Source: Camelus ferus (taxonomy: Eukaryota). From it: a DNA stretch of 64,000 nucleotides. The notes below the pieces were generated by a model that was given only the letters and a program-made list of their open reading frames with translations, made no database searches and was not told where the DNA came from. The position numbers and the translations under genes were made by a program. This document shows positions 34,579 through 48,585 of this stretch, piece by piece; positions within the stretch are counted from its first letter, which is position 1, and each line of letters opens with the position of its first letter. Where the stretch lies: assembly GCF_009834535.1 (NCBI RefSeq), contig NC_045700.1, forward strand, positions 81,096,001 through 81,160,000, read 5' to 3'.

Positions 34579-37062
34579 AACATTTCTCTACACTGTGGAG
34601 AAATAGAGGTGGGGGGAAGGGGAGGAACAGTGTGAACTCCCTGGCTGGAGGCTGAAGATGAGGCCTGGTGCCTTCCTGAGGCAATGTTTACAGCTAGTAG
34701 CCTGGTACAGGAGATAGAATATGCTTCTGATGTTCTGACACTGTTACTTGCCAAGGCAGACAAGTTTAAATTTTAGGTGTTTGGCAGTGTCTGTTGCAGA
34801 CTTCCTGAATTGATGGTCTTGGGCATCCTGTTGACTAAACTGGAGCACCACATTCCTGGAGGGCATACCCCTCCTTCCACCAATTGATCAGCAATATTTC
34901 TTACCCAGATGAGCAGGGTGCCTACCTCAGCCTACAGTTCCTCTTAGACCCTGTGCTTTTCTCTGCAGTTCTGTGCTCGCGTCTGCTCTGGCTGTGCTGT
35001 GTTGGCTGTGCTGGGACACTATGTTCCGGGGATTATGATTTCCTACATTGTCTGTGAGTAGGGTCTGACCCCTGCCCTTTCGAAAGTCCTCTCTTGGTCT
35101 TCTTTCCCTGGACTGACTCAAGAGGAGGATCATACATTCTCTTGTTCAGTTAGCCATTTATAGAGATCTTCAGGGGCTGCTGTAGTATTAGTAACAGTGG
35201 AAGAGTCATCTAGGGAGGAAGGCAGTGGATGTGGGAAGAGGTTGGCACAGTCTCAGGAAAGGACTTAGTCTTCCTTTAGGCTTTTCTATGTAGGCATCAG
35301 TTGAATGAGGGTCCTTGGGAAATAGGCATAGGGAGCTCTGAGTGGATTTTCTAACCCCCAGTGCTGAGTATCCTGCTGTGGCCCCTGGTGGTTTATCATG
35401 AGCTGATCCAAAGGATGTACACTCGCTTGGAGCCCCTGCTCATGCAGCTGGACTACAGCATGAAGGCAGAAGCTGATGCCCTGCATCACAAACACGACAA
35501 GAGGAGTAAGGGGATCCCATGACCCAGGAGAGGACAGGGGTGGAGAGTGGGGGAGGACTTGGCTTGTGAAATTCCCTGGAATTTAGATGCTCTCCAGACT
35601 CTTGGACATGTTGTCCCCACCACTGTCCCTGCTTGGTCACTGCCCTGCTCTTCTTGCTTCTCTAGAGCGGCAGGGGAAGAATGCACCCCCTGGAGGTGAT
35701 GAGCCACTGGCGGAGACAGAGAGTGAGAGTGAAGCAGAACTGGCTGGCTTCTCCCCTGTGGTGAGGTCCAAGGGAGATGGGGGATCAAGTAGAAGGCTGG
35801 GGGAGAATTGCCCTGCTTTAGAGCAGCCACCTCTTAAGGGAGTGGGAGTCATTGGTGGGGGCAGAGATGCTCCTGGAAAATGGGCTCTCTTATCCCCTCA
35901 CCTGTTGTGTTCATCCTGGTTTTCCTGCAGGTGGATGTGAAGAAAACAGCCCTGGCTTTGGCCATTACAGACTCAGAGCTGTCAGATGAAGAGGCTTCTA
36001 TCTTGGAAAGTGGTGGCTTCTCTGTATCCCGGGCAACAACTCCACAACTAACTGATGTATCAGAGGGTATGGGCAACCCTTGGTCCCTCCCAGTCTTCCT
36101 GTTCCCTGTTGTGGGATGCTGGCTGTGCTCTCTGGTGGTTGCCCCCATAAATGTTTTCTCTGGGGACCTGACCCTCTAACTCTGCTCCAAGCTCTTGAAA
36201 GGTCTGGTCCAGCATTCCATGTCCTGACTTCTCATCCTTGAACTGATTGGCCTGCTGCAGCTACTCAGAACTGCAGGCCCATTCCTGGCTCTTTGTTTTC
36301 TGCACAGATTTGGACCAGCAGAGCCTGCCAAGTGAGCCAGAGGAGGCCCTGAGTCGGGAGCTGGGTGAGGGAGAGGAGACAGAGCTGGCCCCTCCCGAAG
36401 ACTTGCTGGGCCCCCCTCAGGCCCTCTCAAGGCAAGACCTGGACTTGGAGGAGGAAGATGTGGCATCCAAGGAAACCTTGCTTCGGCTCTCATCCCCCCT
36501 TCACTTTGTGAACACGCACTTCAATGGGGCAGGGTCTCCCACAGATGGAGTGATGCTTTCCTCTGGAGGACCAGTGGAGACATTGAGCCCGGAGTCAGGG
36601 AGTGGTGACCTCACTGCTCTACCCAGCACCCTGTCACCCCTACTTTGCCTTGCTGAAAGTGACCCAGTCCCCTCCCCATCAGTACTCCCATCTCTTCCTC
36701 AGGACTCACCCCAGCCCCTGCCTGCACCTGAGGAAGAAGAGGCACTTACCACTGAGGACTTCGAGTTGCTGGATCAGGGGGAGCTGGAACAGCTGAATGC
36801 AGAGCTGGGGTTAGGGCCAGAGACATCCCCAGAGCCCCCTGATGCTCCACCCCCTCCACCCCTAGGGCCCAATACCCTGTCTCTGGTACAGTCAGACCAA
36901 GAGGCTCAGGCCATGGCAGAGCCATGAGCCATGGGGGAAGGAGTTGCAGGCACAGTAGGGCTTCCTGGCCAGGGATGTCACTGTTCCCTCCTTTCCCTAC
37001 TACTATGGGGAGGAGCAATACGTGGGGAAGCTGGCTGTCTGACCATAGCCAGTTCACCCTCT

Positions 37063-37083
37063 GCCTGCCTGCCTGCCTGCCTG
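37063..37083. repeat. (CTGC)n microsatellite in the RETREG2 3' UTR
   Basis: ctgcctgcctgcctgcctgc run. Confidence 0.85.
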
Positions 37084-37995
37084 CTGCCGCCCCGGGCCTG
37101 GTACAGTACCTGGGATTGGTTTTAAGTCTGTAAATAATTTTACATTTGGGTTAGTGGATGTGAACAGGGCTAGGGGAGTCCTTCTCATTTGCCTCCCTGC
37201 CTCATCTCTAGTCTCATTCCACTATGCCCCAAGCCCTTGTGGTTTTCCCCTTCTTTTTCCTTCTATCCTCAGGGACCTGTGCTGCTCTGTCCTCATGTCC
37301 CACTTGGTTGTTTAGTTCAGGCACTTTATCATTTTTTCTCTCCTATCTCATGCTCCACTCTGCTTTATTTCCCTGCTGTGTCCTGTCCTTAGTAGCTGAA
37401 TCCCTACTCTGCCAGCTCCTCCTTCCCAGCAGGCCCCAGCTAAGCTTTAGGGAGGCTCCTGTCTGGGAGGTACAGATGAAACCTGGGGTGGTGGGTCAGG
37501 TCAGTAGTCATGCATTTAGGTCACTGCAGCCCATGTAATTTCCACACACCCTTGCCCTAGTTCATCCTGGCCTTTAATGATACAGGATGAGAGAAAGGAT
37601 CCCACAGCACATGCGCCAGCACTACATTAGTGAGCAGGAGCTTTGTCTTGTGGGGTGAGGGGCTTTCTTATCCTAGGGAGGAATGAAGAGACCTGCTTCT
37701 CTGGGCTATGGTCCAAGTGTGGTGGGACCCCCTACCAGGGTTGAGAAGTGGACAGTAACATCTGTGCAGGTGTTGACTGGGAAAATAAAGTTGATGGGCT
37801 AGAACTGCTGCTGCCTACCTGCCTCACTGTGAGCTGTCTCCACACTCTGTGCTCTGCCCTTACCTCCTTGTCCCCAGTGTTGCTCCTGGCTGTTGATGTA
37901 CCTTACCAGAAGCAAAGATTACCCTGCCGGCCTTAACCTGCCCTTAGCCATGGTATCTGACAGTGTGATAGTCTTAGTGAGATTTAGTATGTACA

Positions 37996-38001
37996 AATAA
38001 A
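37996..38001 (+). terminator. RETREG2 polyadenylation signal (alternative at 37784-37789)
   Basis: AATAAA followed by a GT/T-rich downstream stretch. Confidence 0.6.
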
Positions 38002-39794
38002 GTGTATGCAGGAGGAAATTGCTTTGGCTTCCCGATCAGTAGAAATTTGGGACCATAACAATTGTTTTCTACAGTGTCGCCCACAATCTTAACACTGTTG
38101 TAAGTCCTTATGCATCCATGTGCTAACAATTAACTACCTTAGTCTATATATATATATATACTCAGGAACCAAACAAGCAGGACCTATACTTGTATCAAAA
38201 CTGATTCCAGGCTAAGGAGCAATAAAGAAATAGATGTCTTAACACTAATTGAATGCAGGATATGTGATTGGCACTCCTCTAGGTGATTTATAATAACTCA
38301 TTCCTCACAACCCTGAGAGAGAGTGTTATTAACTCTATTTTTACAATCAGGTTAACTTTCCCAAGGTCATGGTCTTAGTACCTGGTGGAGCCAGGATCCA
38401 AACCGAAGCATTTTGGCTCCAGCAGTTGCCCTGGGGCAGGAAGCCCTGTCCATTAATGGCACAAAAAGGAAGATGCTCAAGGACGTGTGAATTATAGAGA
38501 ACCAATCTCTTATCTCAGCTTCACAGAGTAGTCTCTTAACAATCCTTGCTCTTTGGGGAAGAACAGCATTAGAGGAAAGCTCAGAAATGGGCAGATGGCC
38601 TTTTTTATGAGTTCATGTCCTTGGCCTTCAGCTGGAGATGACCACGTGGCAAAACGCTACCTGACTTTCTGAGGTTGAGTTCTGTGTCACATCTCCCCTA
38701 GGTGTGAGAACTCTTCCCTTTCCATTTGTTTCACATTTGCCTTTCAGGGTTTCAAAGGCCCTGTCTTGTGCCAGTGAAGGAGCATGATCTTGTAATCATC
38801 TAGAAATTTCAGAAAAAAATGGAAAGACAGTTCTAATCAACAAACAAGCAATTCAAGAAAAGTAGGATTAATGAGAAAGATAGTGGCTACCATATGCCCC
38901 ACCTTTAATCGTTTTCCTTGTTAAACTTTCAGTTTGAAGTTAGAGCCAGAAGCCTGTATTTGGCTCAGAACATTCACCATAGGTTTGGAGTTTGATGAGA
39001 GTCCATTCTTAACACTCTTCCTGGTCTGATGGTTGCTATATGTTTGTCTATGATTTTTCATTATCAGGTGTCCTGGCCGTTACCTGCCCCATGATGAAAG
39101 AGACCAGAGGAAAGCTTTTCTTATGAGTGAAAGAAAAATGAGCAAAAATGAGCAGAAACCTACAATTAGGCTAAACAAAAAACCAGAAGTACAGAGGAAC
39201 AGGCTGGGGGAAACAAGTTGGTTACATGTTTATGTTTGGTGGGGGAGGGCAGTCCACTTTAGTTAACTATGCATTCAATCAGTAATAATGTAATGCTGCT
39301 GCTCGTAAACTTGATTTTAGGCTGCGTTACTGGAAAGAAGATAATACCTAGAGTATACTGTGCACAAGTTAAAATTCTGCCAAAGGATGACTCGCTATGC
39401 TTGTGGACAAGTTGACAAATTGCGGTGCCCAGGAGAGGGTCACCAGAGATGAAGGCTGCAAATTGTCATTATATGGGGAATATGGGGAACTGTAGAGGAA
39501 CAGAGAATGTTTAAGCCAAGATGGGAAAGCTGAATTGAGTCACATTAGCTTGTCTTCAAACTTTGAAGGGTTATCTGTAGGCCTTCAGAGGGCAGAAATG
39601 AAATCTTTGAGAAGAGTTTGAAGAGTAATAGTGTAGGCAGAATTTGTTTCTTTTGGTTGAGGAATACTGCAAAACAGATACAAATGATTTCAACATACAA
39701 AGATCAAGGACAGTAAGACTTTTCTATCATGCAAGGACAATATGTCACCATATTGTTTTGCTTTTAGTGTCCAACTAAAGTCTCTTGGACATCC

Positions 39795-39851
39795 TCCTCC
39801 TGCTTCCTTAAATGTTGGTTTTCCTCCTGCTTCCTTAAATGTTGGTTTTCC
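39795..39851. repeat. Perfect 27-bp tandem duplication
   Basis: tcctcctgcttccttaaatgttggttt at 39795-39821 and 39822-39848. Confidence 0.9.
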
Positions 39852-41289
39852 ATTGGGTCTGTCACCGGCTCACTTTTTCTTCTCACTCTGCCTGGGCAAT
39901 TTCATGTGTTTACCCATCTAGTTTCCACTCATATGCTGATGACTCCTAAATCTTAGCTCCTTTCCCAGAACTTCCAACTAGGCACCTCCACTTGAATGTC
40001 CCATGGGTGCCTTCTGCTCAACATACCAAAAACAACATAGCCTCTCTCCACTCTGCATTCCACCCCCAACTCCCCTTAACAGATAGACTTTTTCTGTATT
40101 TTCTATCTTGTTTGTTGTCACCACCAACTCTGAAAGCCTATTTCTCCCTCATCCCACACCTAGTCAATTCATAGTTGCTGCTAGTTTGATGTCCTAATTA
40201 TTTCTTGATTCACCTCCATTACAGCCCTGATTCTGTCACAGCCTCCTCATCTCTCACCTGGCCCACTGCAACAGTTTCCCTGCCCACACACTTGTCCCCC
40301 GCTGAAACTCATGCCCAACAAAGTGGCTAAATTATTTAAAAATAAGAATCGGATGACCTTTCTGCTATTTAATATTAATCAAAGGTCTCCTCCTACCAGA
40401 AGAAGGTATGGTTAAGAAGCCTCCTGAGATCTGCTCTTTCGCTGTCTTGCTCTTCGCGCTACAGCATCAGACCCCAACAGCCTGTCCTTCCCTCTGCTAA
40501 ACTGCACTGCCCTCCTCCACCCCTGCTCCCTCAGTACACTCCTATTTGTGCTGTTTTTCCACATGTCCTATGGGATCTTCATATATAAGTACAGTATGTG
40601 GAGTATATAGGTATATGTGTATTTGGATGGATAGCTTTCACTATACTGCTTTTTCTTTTTTTAAATTGAAGTATAGTTGATTTGTAATATTATATTCATG
40701 CGTACAGCATGTGATTCAGTATTCTTACAGTACACTGCTTATTTTTGAGAGTTGGGACTATGTCTTAATTGTCCAAATATTCCCAGAGCCTAGCACAGTG
40801 CCTGGCACAGAGTGGATGCTCAATAAATGTATGTTAGACTAAACTGAACTTGTATACCAGACTAACCAGTCCTAACTTTTGAAGCAGCCAATTTAAATAG
40901 ATTTTGGTGATTGGTATCTATCTGTTGACAGTAAATTTCTTGCCTTTGTTTGTTACTGTTCTAGAATGGATGGTGGCTAAATTGAAATAATCTGCAGATA
41001 GACTTGGGAGCATTTTGTTCCTGAACTAGGTTAAAGGCAATGAAAATGATCTAGATTTGGAGGTTCATATTTGCTGGTTTTGGAACTAAAAACTTTACTG
41101 AGTTTAAGATAAGAGTGTCTTGATCTTCTGCGATTGCATCAAAGTATCCTATATTATTTCAAAAACAATTTTTATCAAATGATTTAGAGTTAACTAAATA
41201 TTTTGATGAAAAGTCCAATTACATGTATCAGTGCTTGCTTGAAAACAGTGTGATTCTGCAGAAATGAAATAAGGTTTTAAAAAGTCTGG

Positions 41290-42120
41290 TTTTTTTTTCT
41301 TTTTAAGTATAAAAAGTGAGTTGATTCCACCTCAAAACTATCAATTTCATAAAAGATAATGAAAAGCTGAGGAACTATTCAAGATTTAAAAAGAGACCAA
41401 AGAGATGGGCTGTAAGGAGTAAGGTATAAAAAGAGTAAATGTAAGGTATGATCTTGGATTGGATCCTAGTTGAGGGGAAAAAGTTACTATTGTGACAAAT
41501 TTGAATATGGATTGTATATTAAATTTAAAAATTGTTTCTAGATCAAATTTCTTGAATTTGATCATTTCACCTTGGTTATATAAGAGAATATCCTTATTTT
41601 TAGGACACATTCTGAGGATTTTAGAAGTGAAAGGCTATGTTCTCTGCAAAGTATATCAAATAATTTGGAAATATAAATAATTAAATAAGAACAAGTATGT
41701 GAATATATGATGTGCGTGTGGAGAGAGATAGAGAGAATGATAAAGCAAATGTGGCCAAATGGGAAAAAATACATATGATAAATATAACACATAGAAGTTT
41801 ACTATTCAATGGTAAATACACTGTAGTATATTCAGACTGCTAAGTAAAATGGCTGAGGGTGAATCTCAATAAACAAAATATTGAGCAAAAGGAACTAAAT
41901 GCCAAAGGATAAATGATGTATGATTCCATTTATATAAAGTGCATTTATATTGTTAGCAGTCAAGAGAGTGGCTACTCTTGGGGATGAGGGAGCAGTGACT
42001 GGAAGGATCTCCTAGGGATTGTTTTGTTTCTTGATCTGGGTGCTGGTTATGTGGGAGTGTCCAATTTGTAAATATTCTGCACACATTTCTGTACTTGTGT
42101 TATACATAAATAACAAGTGT
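41290..42120 (+). mobile_element. Old L1M (L1MB/MC-like) 3' fragments
   Basis: aaagctgaggaactattcaaga, gatcttggattggatcct, atgattccatttatataaagt and gatctgggtgctggttat resemble old L1 3' ends. Subfamily not determined. Confidence 0.55.
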
Positions 42121-42129
42121 CAGTACCAA

Positions 42130-42570
42130 AGTGCATTGATTATCTGTTTCTGCATAACAAATTACTCCAAAACTTAGCAGCCTAAAACACTCACACTATT
42201 TCTGAGGATCAGGACTCCGGGATCAGCTTAGCTGGGTGGTTCTGGTTCAAAGTCTCCATGAGTTTGTATCAGCCAAGGCAGGCTGCTGTCATCTGAAGGC
42301 TTGACTGGGGCCAGAGAATCTACTTCCAAGATAGCACTCTCATGCAGCACTTAGCTAGAAGTCTCAATTCCTCACTTGCTGTTGATAAGAGGCCTCTGTT
42401 CCTCATCACACTAACCTCTCCTTATGGCTGCTTGAGTGTCATCACAACATGACAGCTTCCTTCCCTAGAGCAAGTGATCCAAGAGAGAGCAAGAAGAAAG
42501 TCACAATGCTTTTTATGACCTAGTGTGAAAAGTCACACTATCACTTCCACCATATTCTATATATTAGAAA
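42130..42570. mobile_element. ERVL-MaLR LTR (MLT1-type)
   Basis: ctgcataacaaattactccaaaacttagcagcctaaaac, gtcatctgaaggcttgactgggg, gaaaagtcacactatcacttccacc. Confidence 0.7.
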
Positions 42571-42724
42571 CAAGTTGTGCTGTACACCAGAAATTGATAC
42601 ATTATAATTGACTGTACTTCAATTAAAAAAAAAAGAATCTCTGCCCCCCAAAAGAAACAAGTTGCTGAGTCCAGCCCATGCTCTTTAAGGAAGAAAAGAA
42701 AAATCTTATGGATGCATTTAAAAT

Positions 42725-42852
42725 TTTTTTTTTTATTTTGGCAGGGTAGGGGAGGTAATTAGGCTTATTTATTTTTAGAAGAGGTACAGGGGATTGAACC
42801 CAGGACCTCATGCATGCTAAGCATGTACTCTACCACTTGAGCTATACCTTCC
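42725..42852 (-). mobile_element. tRNA-Ala-derived SINE (camelid vic-1-like)
   Basis: Reverse complement reads ggaaggtatagctcaagtggtagagtacatgcttagcatgcatgaggtcctgggttcaatcccc, then the taattacc tail and poly-A. Confidence 0.85.
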
Positions 42853-43636
42853 CTCCTATGGATGTATTTTAAAACCACTACACTAAGTTTATCTGGAAAT
42901 TATGTTAAAGAATTTGGACTGGCAATCTATACATTATAAAAAATAAAGACAATGTATCAACACATGGGAAATGAACAATTTTACTAATAACAGTATACAC
43001 AGTTAAACAACAAATACTATGCATTTGTTCAATTATTTAGTATATGTCAGTCAGGTCTAAGTGCTTTACATGTATCCTTTTTGTAATCTTCACTATCACC
43101 CTTTGATGTAGGAACCCATCCTCCCTATTTTACAAATGATGAAACTGAGGCTTAGTGAGGTAAAATGGCTTGCTCAAAGTTACAAAGCTGGTTGTGATTA
43201 CAGTACTGTTTTTCATTATTCTGTTATTCTCACATATCTTCATATCTTAAAGTACCAAAATAGAATTTTAGTTGAGGAAAAAACGTTCTTTCAACATTGG
43301 AAAGAGAAATCTGAATTCTGAATCATTTATAAATGAGGTATAGCCACATTAAAATTTTGAACACACAAAGGCTCATTTATTTATAAAGCATTGTTGCCTT
43401 CTACAGACTTCAAGAGGAGGGACAAAACTGTCAAATGGACAAACTTCTATTACAAGAGTAAATTTTTTCTTAGAATAATAATTACAAGAATAAAACAAAA
43501 GACACTGTTTAAAGTGCTTTTGAATAAGTAGAATTAGAAATAGGACAATATTAAAATTAGTATAGATCCCTTACATCAAAATCTCAATCTAGATTAAAAG
43601 AAATTAAAGATGGGTACAAATCAGAAATTTTCCACT

Positions 43637-43832
43637 GGGTAGTGGGAGAGCATAGCTCAAGCGGTAGAGTGCATGCTTAGTATGCATGAGGTCCTGGGTT
43701 CAATTCCCAGTACCTCCTCTAAAAATAAATAAACCGAATTACCTCCCCACACACACATGCCAAAAACAAACAAACAATAAAGTAAAATAAAATAAAATAA
43801 AATAAAATAAAATAAAATAAAATAAAATAAAA
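43637..43832 (+). mobile_element. tRNA-Ala-derived SINE with (AAAAT)n tail
   Basis: A box and B box visible (tagctcaagcggtagag ... ggttcaattccc). Candidate 12-bp TSD AGAAATTTTCCA at 43623-43634 and 43848-43859. Confidence 0.85.
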
Positions 43833-44234
43833 TGCTGGCTTTAAAAAAGAAATTTTCCATTTGAAACAAAAACTAGAGCTTCCTAGAAATTAAAAGAAAA
43901 AAAAAACATATCCACCTAGAGAAACAAAAATATTTGTTCAAAAAGATCTCAAAGTTATCAAATAAGAGATTATTTGAACAAGAAATGAGTCAGGAAACTA
44001 TATTTGAAGTTAGATTTATAGCCATCTCCTCACAGTCTTTTGAGTAGTACAACTCCAGAAAGAGCTTTTTCAAGCAGCTAGAAAAACTGGCACCAAAAAT
44101 ACATTTACAACAATGACATCTTAATATACTTCTTTGAGAGATCACTGTTTTTAAAAAGAACAAATAATTTTATTTTCCATTACTTATAATTACATTTTAC
44201 TTTTATAGGTGTTTAGTTTTTTACTTTAAAATAA

Positions 44235-44590
44235 TATTTTCACTTCTATGTGAAATCTAAAACAATTACACAAAGGAACATATTTACAAAATAGAAACAG
44301 ACTCACAGACATAGAAAACAAACTTACGATTACCGAGGGGAAAGTGGGGAGTGGAGGGATAAATTGCGAGTTTGGGATTTGCAGATACTAACTACCACAT
44401 ATGAAACAGATAAACAACAAGGTCCTACTGTACAGCACAGGGAACTACATTCAATACCATGTAATAGCCTATAATGGAAAAGAATATGAAAAGAAATATA
44501 TATGTAACTGAATCACTATGCTGTACACCAGAAATTAAAACATTGTGAACCAACAATATTTCAATAAAAATAATAAAATAAAAATAAATA
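44235..44590 (+). mobile_element. L1 3' UTR fragment (laurasiatherian-type) with A-rich tail
   Basis: Typical motifs: aacagactcacagacatagaaaacaaactt, aacaacaaggtcctactgtacagcacagggaac, aactgaatcactatgctgtacaccagaaatt. Confidence 0.8.
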
Positions 44591-44904
44591 ATATTTTATT
44601 AATTTTATATGCTAACAATTTATACTAAAATAATAATGTTTATTTAACATTCATATTTTTTTAAACTTACATTTTTACATTTAGTTGTGTGTGTATATAT
44701 GTGTTTCTTTCAACGATATTAAGAAATTTTACTTTTAAAATGTTGAACATTTGGCTTTAAAAATAAATTATTATTTCTGTAAAATAAATACTGAAATACC
44801 AGTGAAGTCCTTTTGCTCTGATCTGTCAGCCTCTAACAGCAAATGTGATTGGCACTGTGATCTGAACTCACTCAAAAGAGCTGCAGTTTTACATTTCATC
44901 TAAA

Positions 44905-45120
44905 TTAGGGTTTCTCCACTATCGACTATATGTGCTATTGACATTTTGAGCCAGATAATTCTGTTGGTAGTAATAGGGGCTGTTCTGTTCATTTTCAGAT
45001 GTTTAGCAGGATCCTTGGCCTCTGCCCCTTAGATGCCAGTAGTACCTTCCCCCCTACAATCCCCCTCTCCCATAAATGTCCCCTGGAGGCAAAATTGCCC
45101 CCAGTTGAGAACCGTTGATC
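44905..45120. mobile_element. MER20-like hAT-Charlie element
   Basis: gctattgacattttgagccagataattc ... aaatgtcccctggaggcaaaattgcccccagttgagaacc. Confidence 0.75.
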
Positions 45121-46733
45121 TAAATTATACTGCCTCCTGGCTACACAGAAAGAATACTAAATTAGAGATCAAGACATGAGTTTGAATCCTAGTTTTATGA
45201 GCTCCATATAATGTTGATAAGCACACATTTAAAATAATACAAAAATTACCTGGCTGTTCAGCTTCATGTCTCTAGCCATTTCCTCCTCTAATTTGATAGT
45301 CCAACCACACAGGTGTTTATAAGTCTTTCTCTTGCCTCATTCCTTTGCACCTGTGTCTCTCTCAGTCTGGAACACGGTTCCCTACTTTCCACTTGGCCAA
45401 CTCTGACTCATTCTTCATGACCAGGGTTATATTTTCTTTCCCACTTTTCTATGTATTTATCTTTTTTGTTCTGCTTTCTAAAATATTTTCTCACTTTTAC
45501 ACTGCAACCAGTCTTCTGAATTTTTAATTTCTGTGATTATATTTTTTATGTCTAAGCACTTTGTTTTCTGAATATCCCTATTTATAGTTTCTTGCTCTTG
45601 TGTGTTAGCGGAAAAGCCACTCTCTGAAGATATTGTACTAGTCATTATGAGTATGTTATAGTCATTATATTATTAAAAATATAGGTACATTAATTATATT
45701 TTTATGTTCCCTGTATTGTCCCTGTAAATCCACCTTTACATTTGTTTCTTTATTTTGGTCTGTCTTTCATGATGGAGACTTCCCGCAAACCCTAGTTTGC
45801 TCCAACATACTCTTAAAGGTCAACTGAATGCTCTCTAGACACAGGTAAGACTGATTGGTTGGCATCTTCCCTGTAGGGTGACTTGGCAGAGAGCCATTTA
45901 GTTGGGAATCCCCAAATGCCAATATCCATGGATCTTTTGTTTTAGGCTGGTCAGTTTCCCTGGAGAAGAACTCAGCAATCTCCAGCCTGGGAAATATAAA
46001 CTTGGGCACCTGTGCTCTAGAAACCAGGAGGGATAAGGCTGTGGTTTCACCTCCTCTCCCTAAGTCCAGGGTCACTCCAGTTCACTCTTTCTAGAGAGAA
46101 TGCCCCTGCCTTCTGTTGAGGTGGAACAAGTCCAATCACCTGGCTGCTCAGGTTAGAGGAGGAATCTGGGAATACAACAGCTCCTTATATAGATTTTAAA
46201 TTCATCCTTCTGTTTTCAGCCTCATCCTTCCATCCCACCTTCAGAGGTACTTGCTGCTTCCCATCCAGAGCCTTTCTAAGGCTCTACAATCCAAACTGGC
46301 TCATTCCTTGTCATTTAGCACTTAGGTTTCAGCTTTCTCAGATCCCTAGTCATCCCTCTTCCTTTAGCTTTCCATCTTCCAAAGTATTTTTGTCCTATCT
46401 CCATGAAGTCTTTCTTCTTCTGTTCTCTTTATTTTATTGTTATTTTAGTGGAGTTTGAGAAGGGAGCAAACAAAATGTGTGTTTAATCTACTATATTTAA
46501 CAGAAAGTCTTTTTTCCACCTTCCTAGCCTCTTGTGCACTCAGTCTTCCTCTGTACTCTACCTGCGATAATCTGTAACATTTGTAATGCTCTCCTATGCC
46601 CTTCCTGTGGCTGGAATACCTTTGGCATCTTGTCTGCCTGGAGAGCTCTCACTGTCTCTCCCCAAACTCACTTCCAGGCATTACTGGCTCCCTTTTCTGT
46701 GTAGCTATAGCTCTACACATACATCCATTAGAG

Positions 46734-46881
46734 CATGGTTTCCAAACTGAGGGTCATGAAATCAGTGGGTCATAAAATCAATTTAGCGGTCCTTAAATAA
46801 AATTTATTTTATATTTATATACTAGCATGTAAGATACATTTTGTGCTGTGGGTCAAGGTTGAATAAGTTTGAAAGCCATTG
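46734..46881. mobile_element. Short hAT-Charlie-type MITE
   Basis: Imperfect terminal inverted repeats CATGGTTTCCAAACT / AGTTTGAAAGCCATTG, flanked by TAG-centred 8-mers. Confidence 0.55.
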
Positions 46882-48309
46882 TACTAGGGCACTTTTCACT
46901 TTGAATTAGTTCTTTATGTATCTTTACTATTAGACATTGAACAACTAGGGGGTAGAGACCATGAGTTACTCACCTCTATGCCCAGGGCCTAGTATAAGGT
47001 CTGGTAAGACTTGGTCAATATTTAGTGGATGGAATCAAATATATGTGAAATCACTCTGTAACCTATAAAATCATAGAAATTTGAACTATGTGTCTAAACT
47101 AGGAGTCTATGATTAATTCACAGAAGATCTAGGGCACTTAATGACAAGTGACTGAGTATTGTTGCAAAGATTATACATCACATACCTGAGAAAGAAAGGC
47201 AGACCTCAGCGAAGGCAGAGAGCTATGCTGGTCTCCTAATGTCCTGGGGTCTGAAGTCAGTTCCAATCAAAGAGCTTCCCTATCCTGGTTATCTCACTTA
47301 GATATTTAATTATGTACATTGCTCTGATAAAGTGTTTGATTATTGATAACCCATGGAGAGAGTTAGGATTTTCCACAGTCTGAGAAAACTACTACTTAAG
47401 ATTCTTCTTTTCAGTTGTTAAGGAGGTTATAGAGTCCATCTAGGGGAGACAACACTGTATAATGAAAGAACACGGGATTTCAGACAATGCAAAAACCTGG
47501 GTCCAGATCCCATCTCTATAAGCAAATAATTTCATCTCTCTCAACTTCAGTTTTCTTATCTGCAAAATAGGAATACATAATATTTACTACAAAAGGTTTC
47601 CATGGGAGATTTAAATAACTAAGATGTGACTAATGGTAGCACAGGACAGTCAGCAAAACAGTTTATCTTTCCGTAGTGTGCACTGTTTCTCCGAGAGTCA
47701 ACTGAGGAGGAGGAAAACCTCTAAACATATACCATTAAACTAATATTCGAGGAGAATTAGGCCCGAGATACCCTTGCTGACATCCTCACTTTAACCTTGT
47801 CTGCTTGAAACTGGCTGCAGCTGAAGTAAGAGGCATCTGGCAGTGACTCCACCTGCTGATTCATAGAGGAGCTGATTTCTGCTGTTCCTGTGGGAGGCTG
47901 CAGCTCAGCTACGACAGCTGAAGCACAAAGCTGCTTAGCAGGTCTGCATGTGCTTTGTTGGTCTATAATAAAAGAGATTTAAGCCATGCTCAATTGTTAA
48001 TTGATATCTTCTGACACAGCTTGTTCAATGTGGCAAGTGTTATTGGATTTCTCTCAATGTTATCCTTTATTCCGGGAACAAGGAATATACATCCATACCC
48101 TGTATTAGGAAGAGGTGGCTTTGGTATGTTCATCATCCTTTATAAATCTTGGGAAGCTCCTGGGCTGCTGATCAGCATGGACAGCTTAATCTGGACTATA
48201 ACTCATCAGGAAAAGTTTTACCTGAGAACAGAAAGGCTGTGAGGGCTTCATTTTCTCTTGTGGTCTCTGAAGCAAGTCTGTCATGGCAGTTAAAACATTC
48301 TGGCTCATG

Positions 48310-48585
48310 GAGGTTCGGGTATAGCTCAGTGATAGAGCTGCATCAATCTCTAGTACCTCCATTAAGAAAAATAAGGAGGGGGAGGTTATAGGTCAGTGGT
48401 AGAGCACATGCTTAGCATGCATGAGGTCCTGGGTTCAATCCCCAGTACCTCCATTAAATAAAACAAGTAAATAAAAACCTAATTACTCCCCCTGCAAAAA
48501 AATAAATAAATAAAAGAAAATAAGTAAATAAACAAACCTAATTACCTTCTCCCACCACACACACACACACACACACACACAAAAT
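48310..48585 (+). mobile_element. Composite (nested) tRNA-Ala SINE pair ending in (AC)n
   Basis: An internally deleted head, then a full copy, then a second tail. Outer 14-bp TSD CATTCTGGCTCATG at 48296-48309 and 48586-48599. Confidence 0.85.

Noticed and set aside
34029-34763. Long ORFs spanning N runs (also near 4604, 7482-7903, 23742-24318 and 29246-29597)
   Set aside because: Artefacts of N being translated as X.
48377-48452. tRNA-Ala(AGC)-like sequence ending in TACCTCCA
   Set aside because: It has stem mismatches, a SINE tail, poly-A and TSDs, and lacks a T-run terminator. It is a SINE, not a tRNA gene; the same holds for the other copies.
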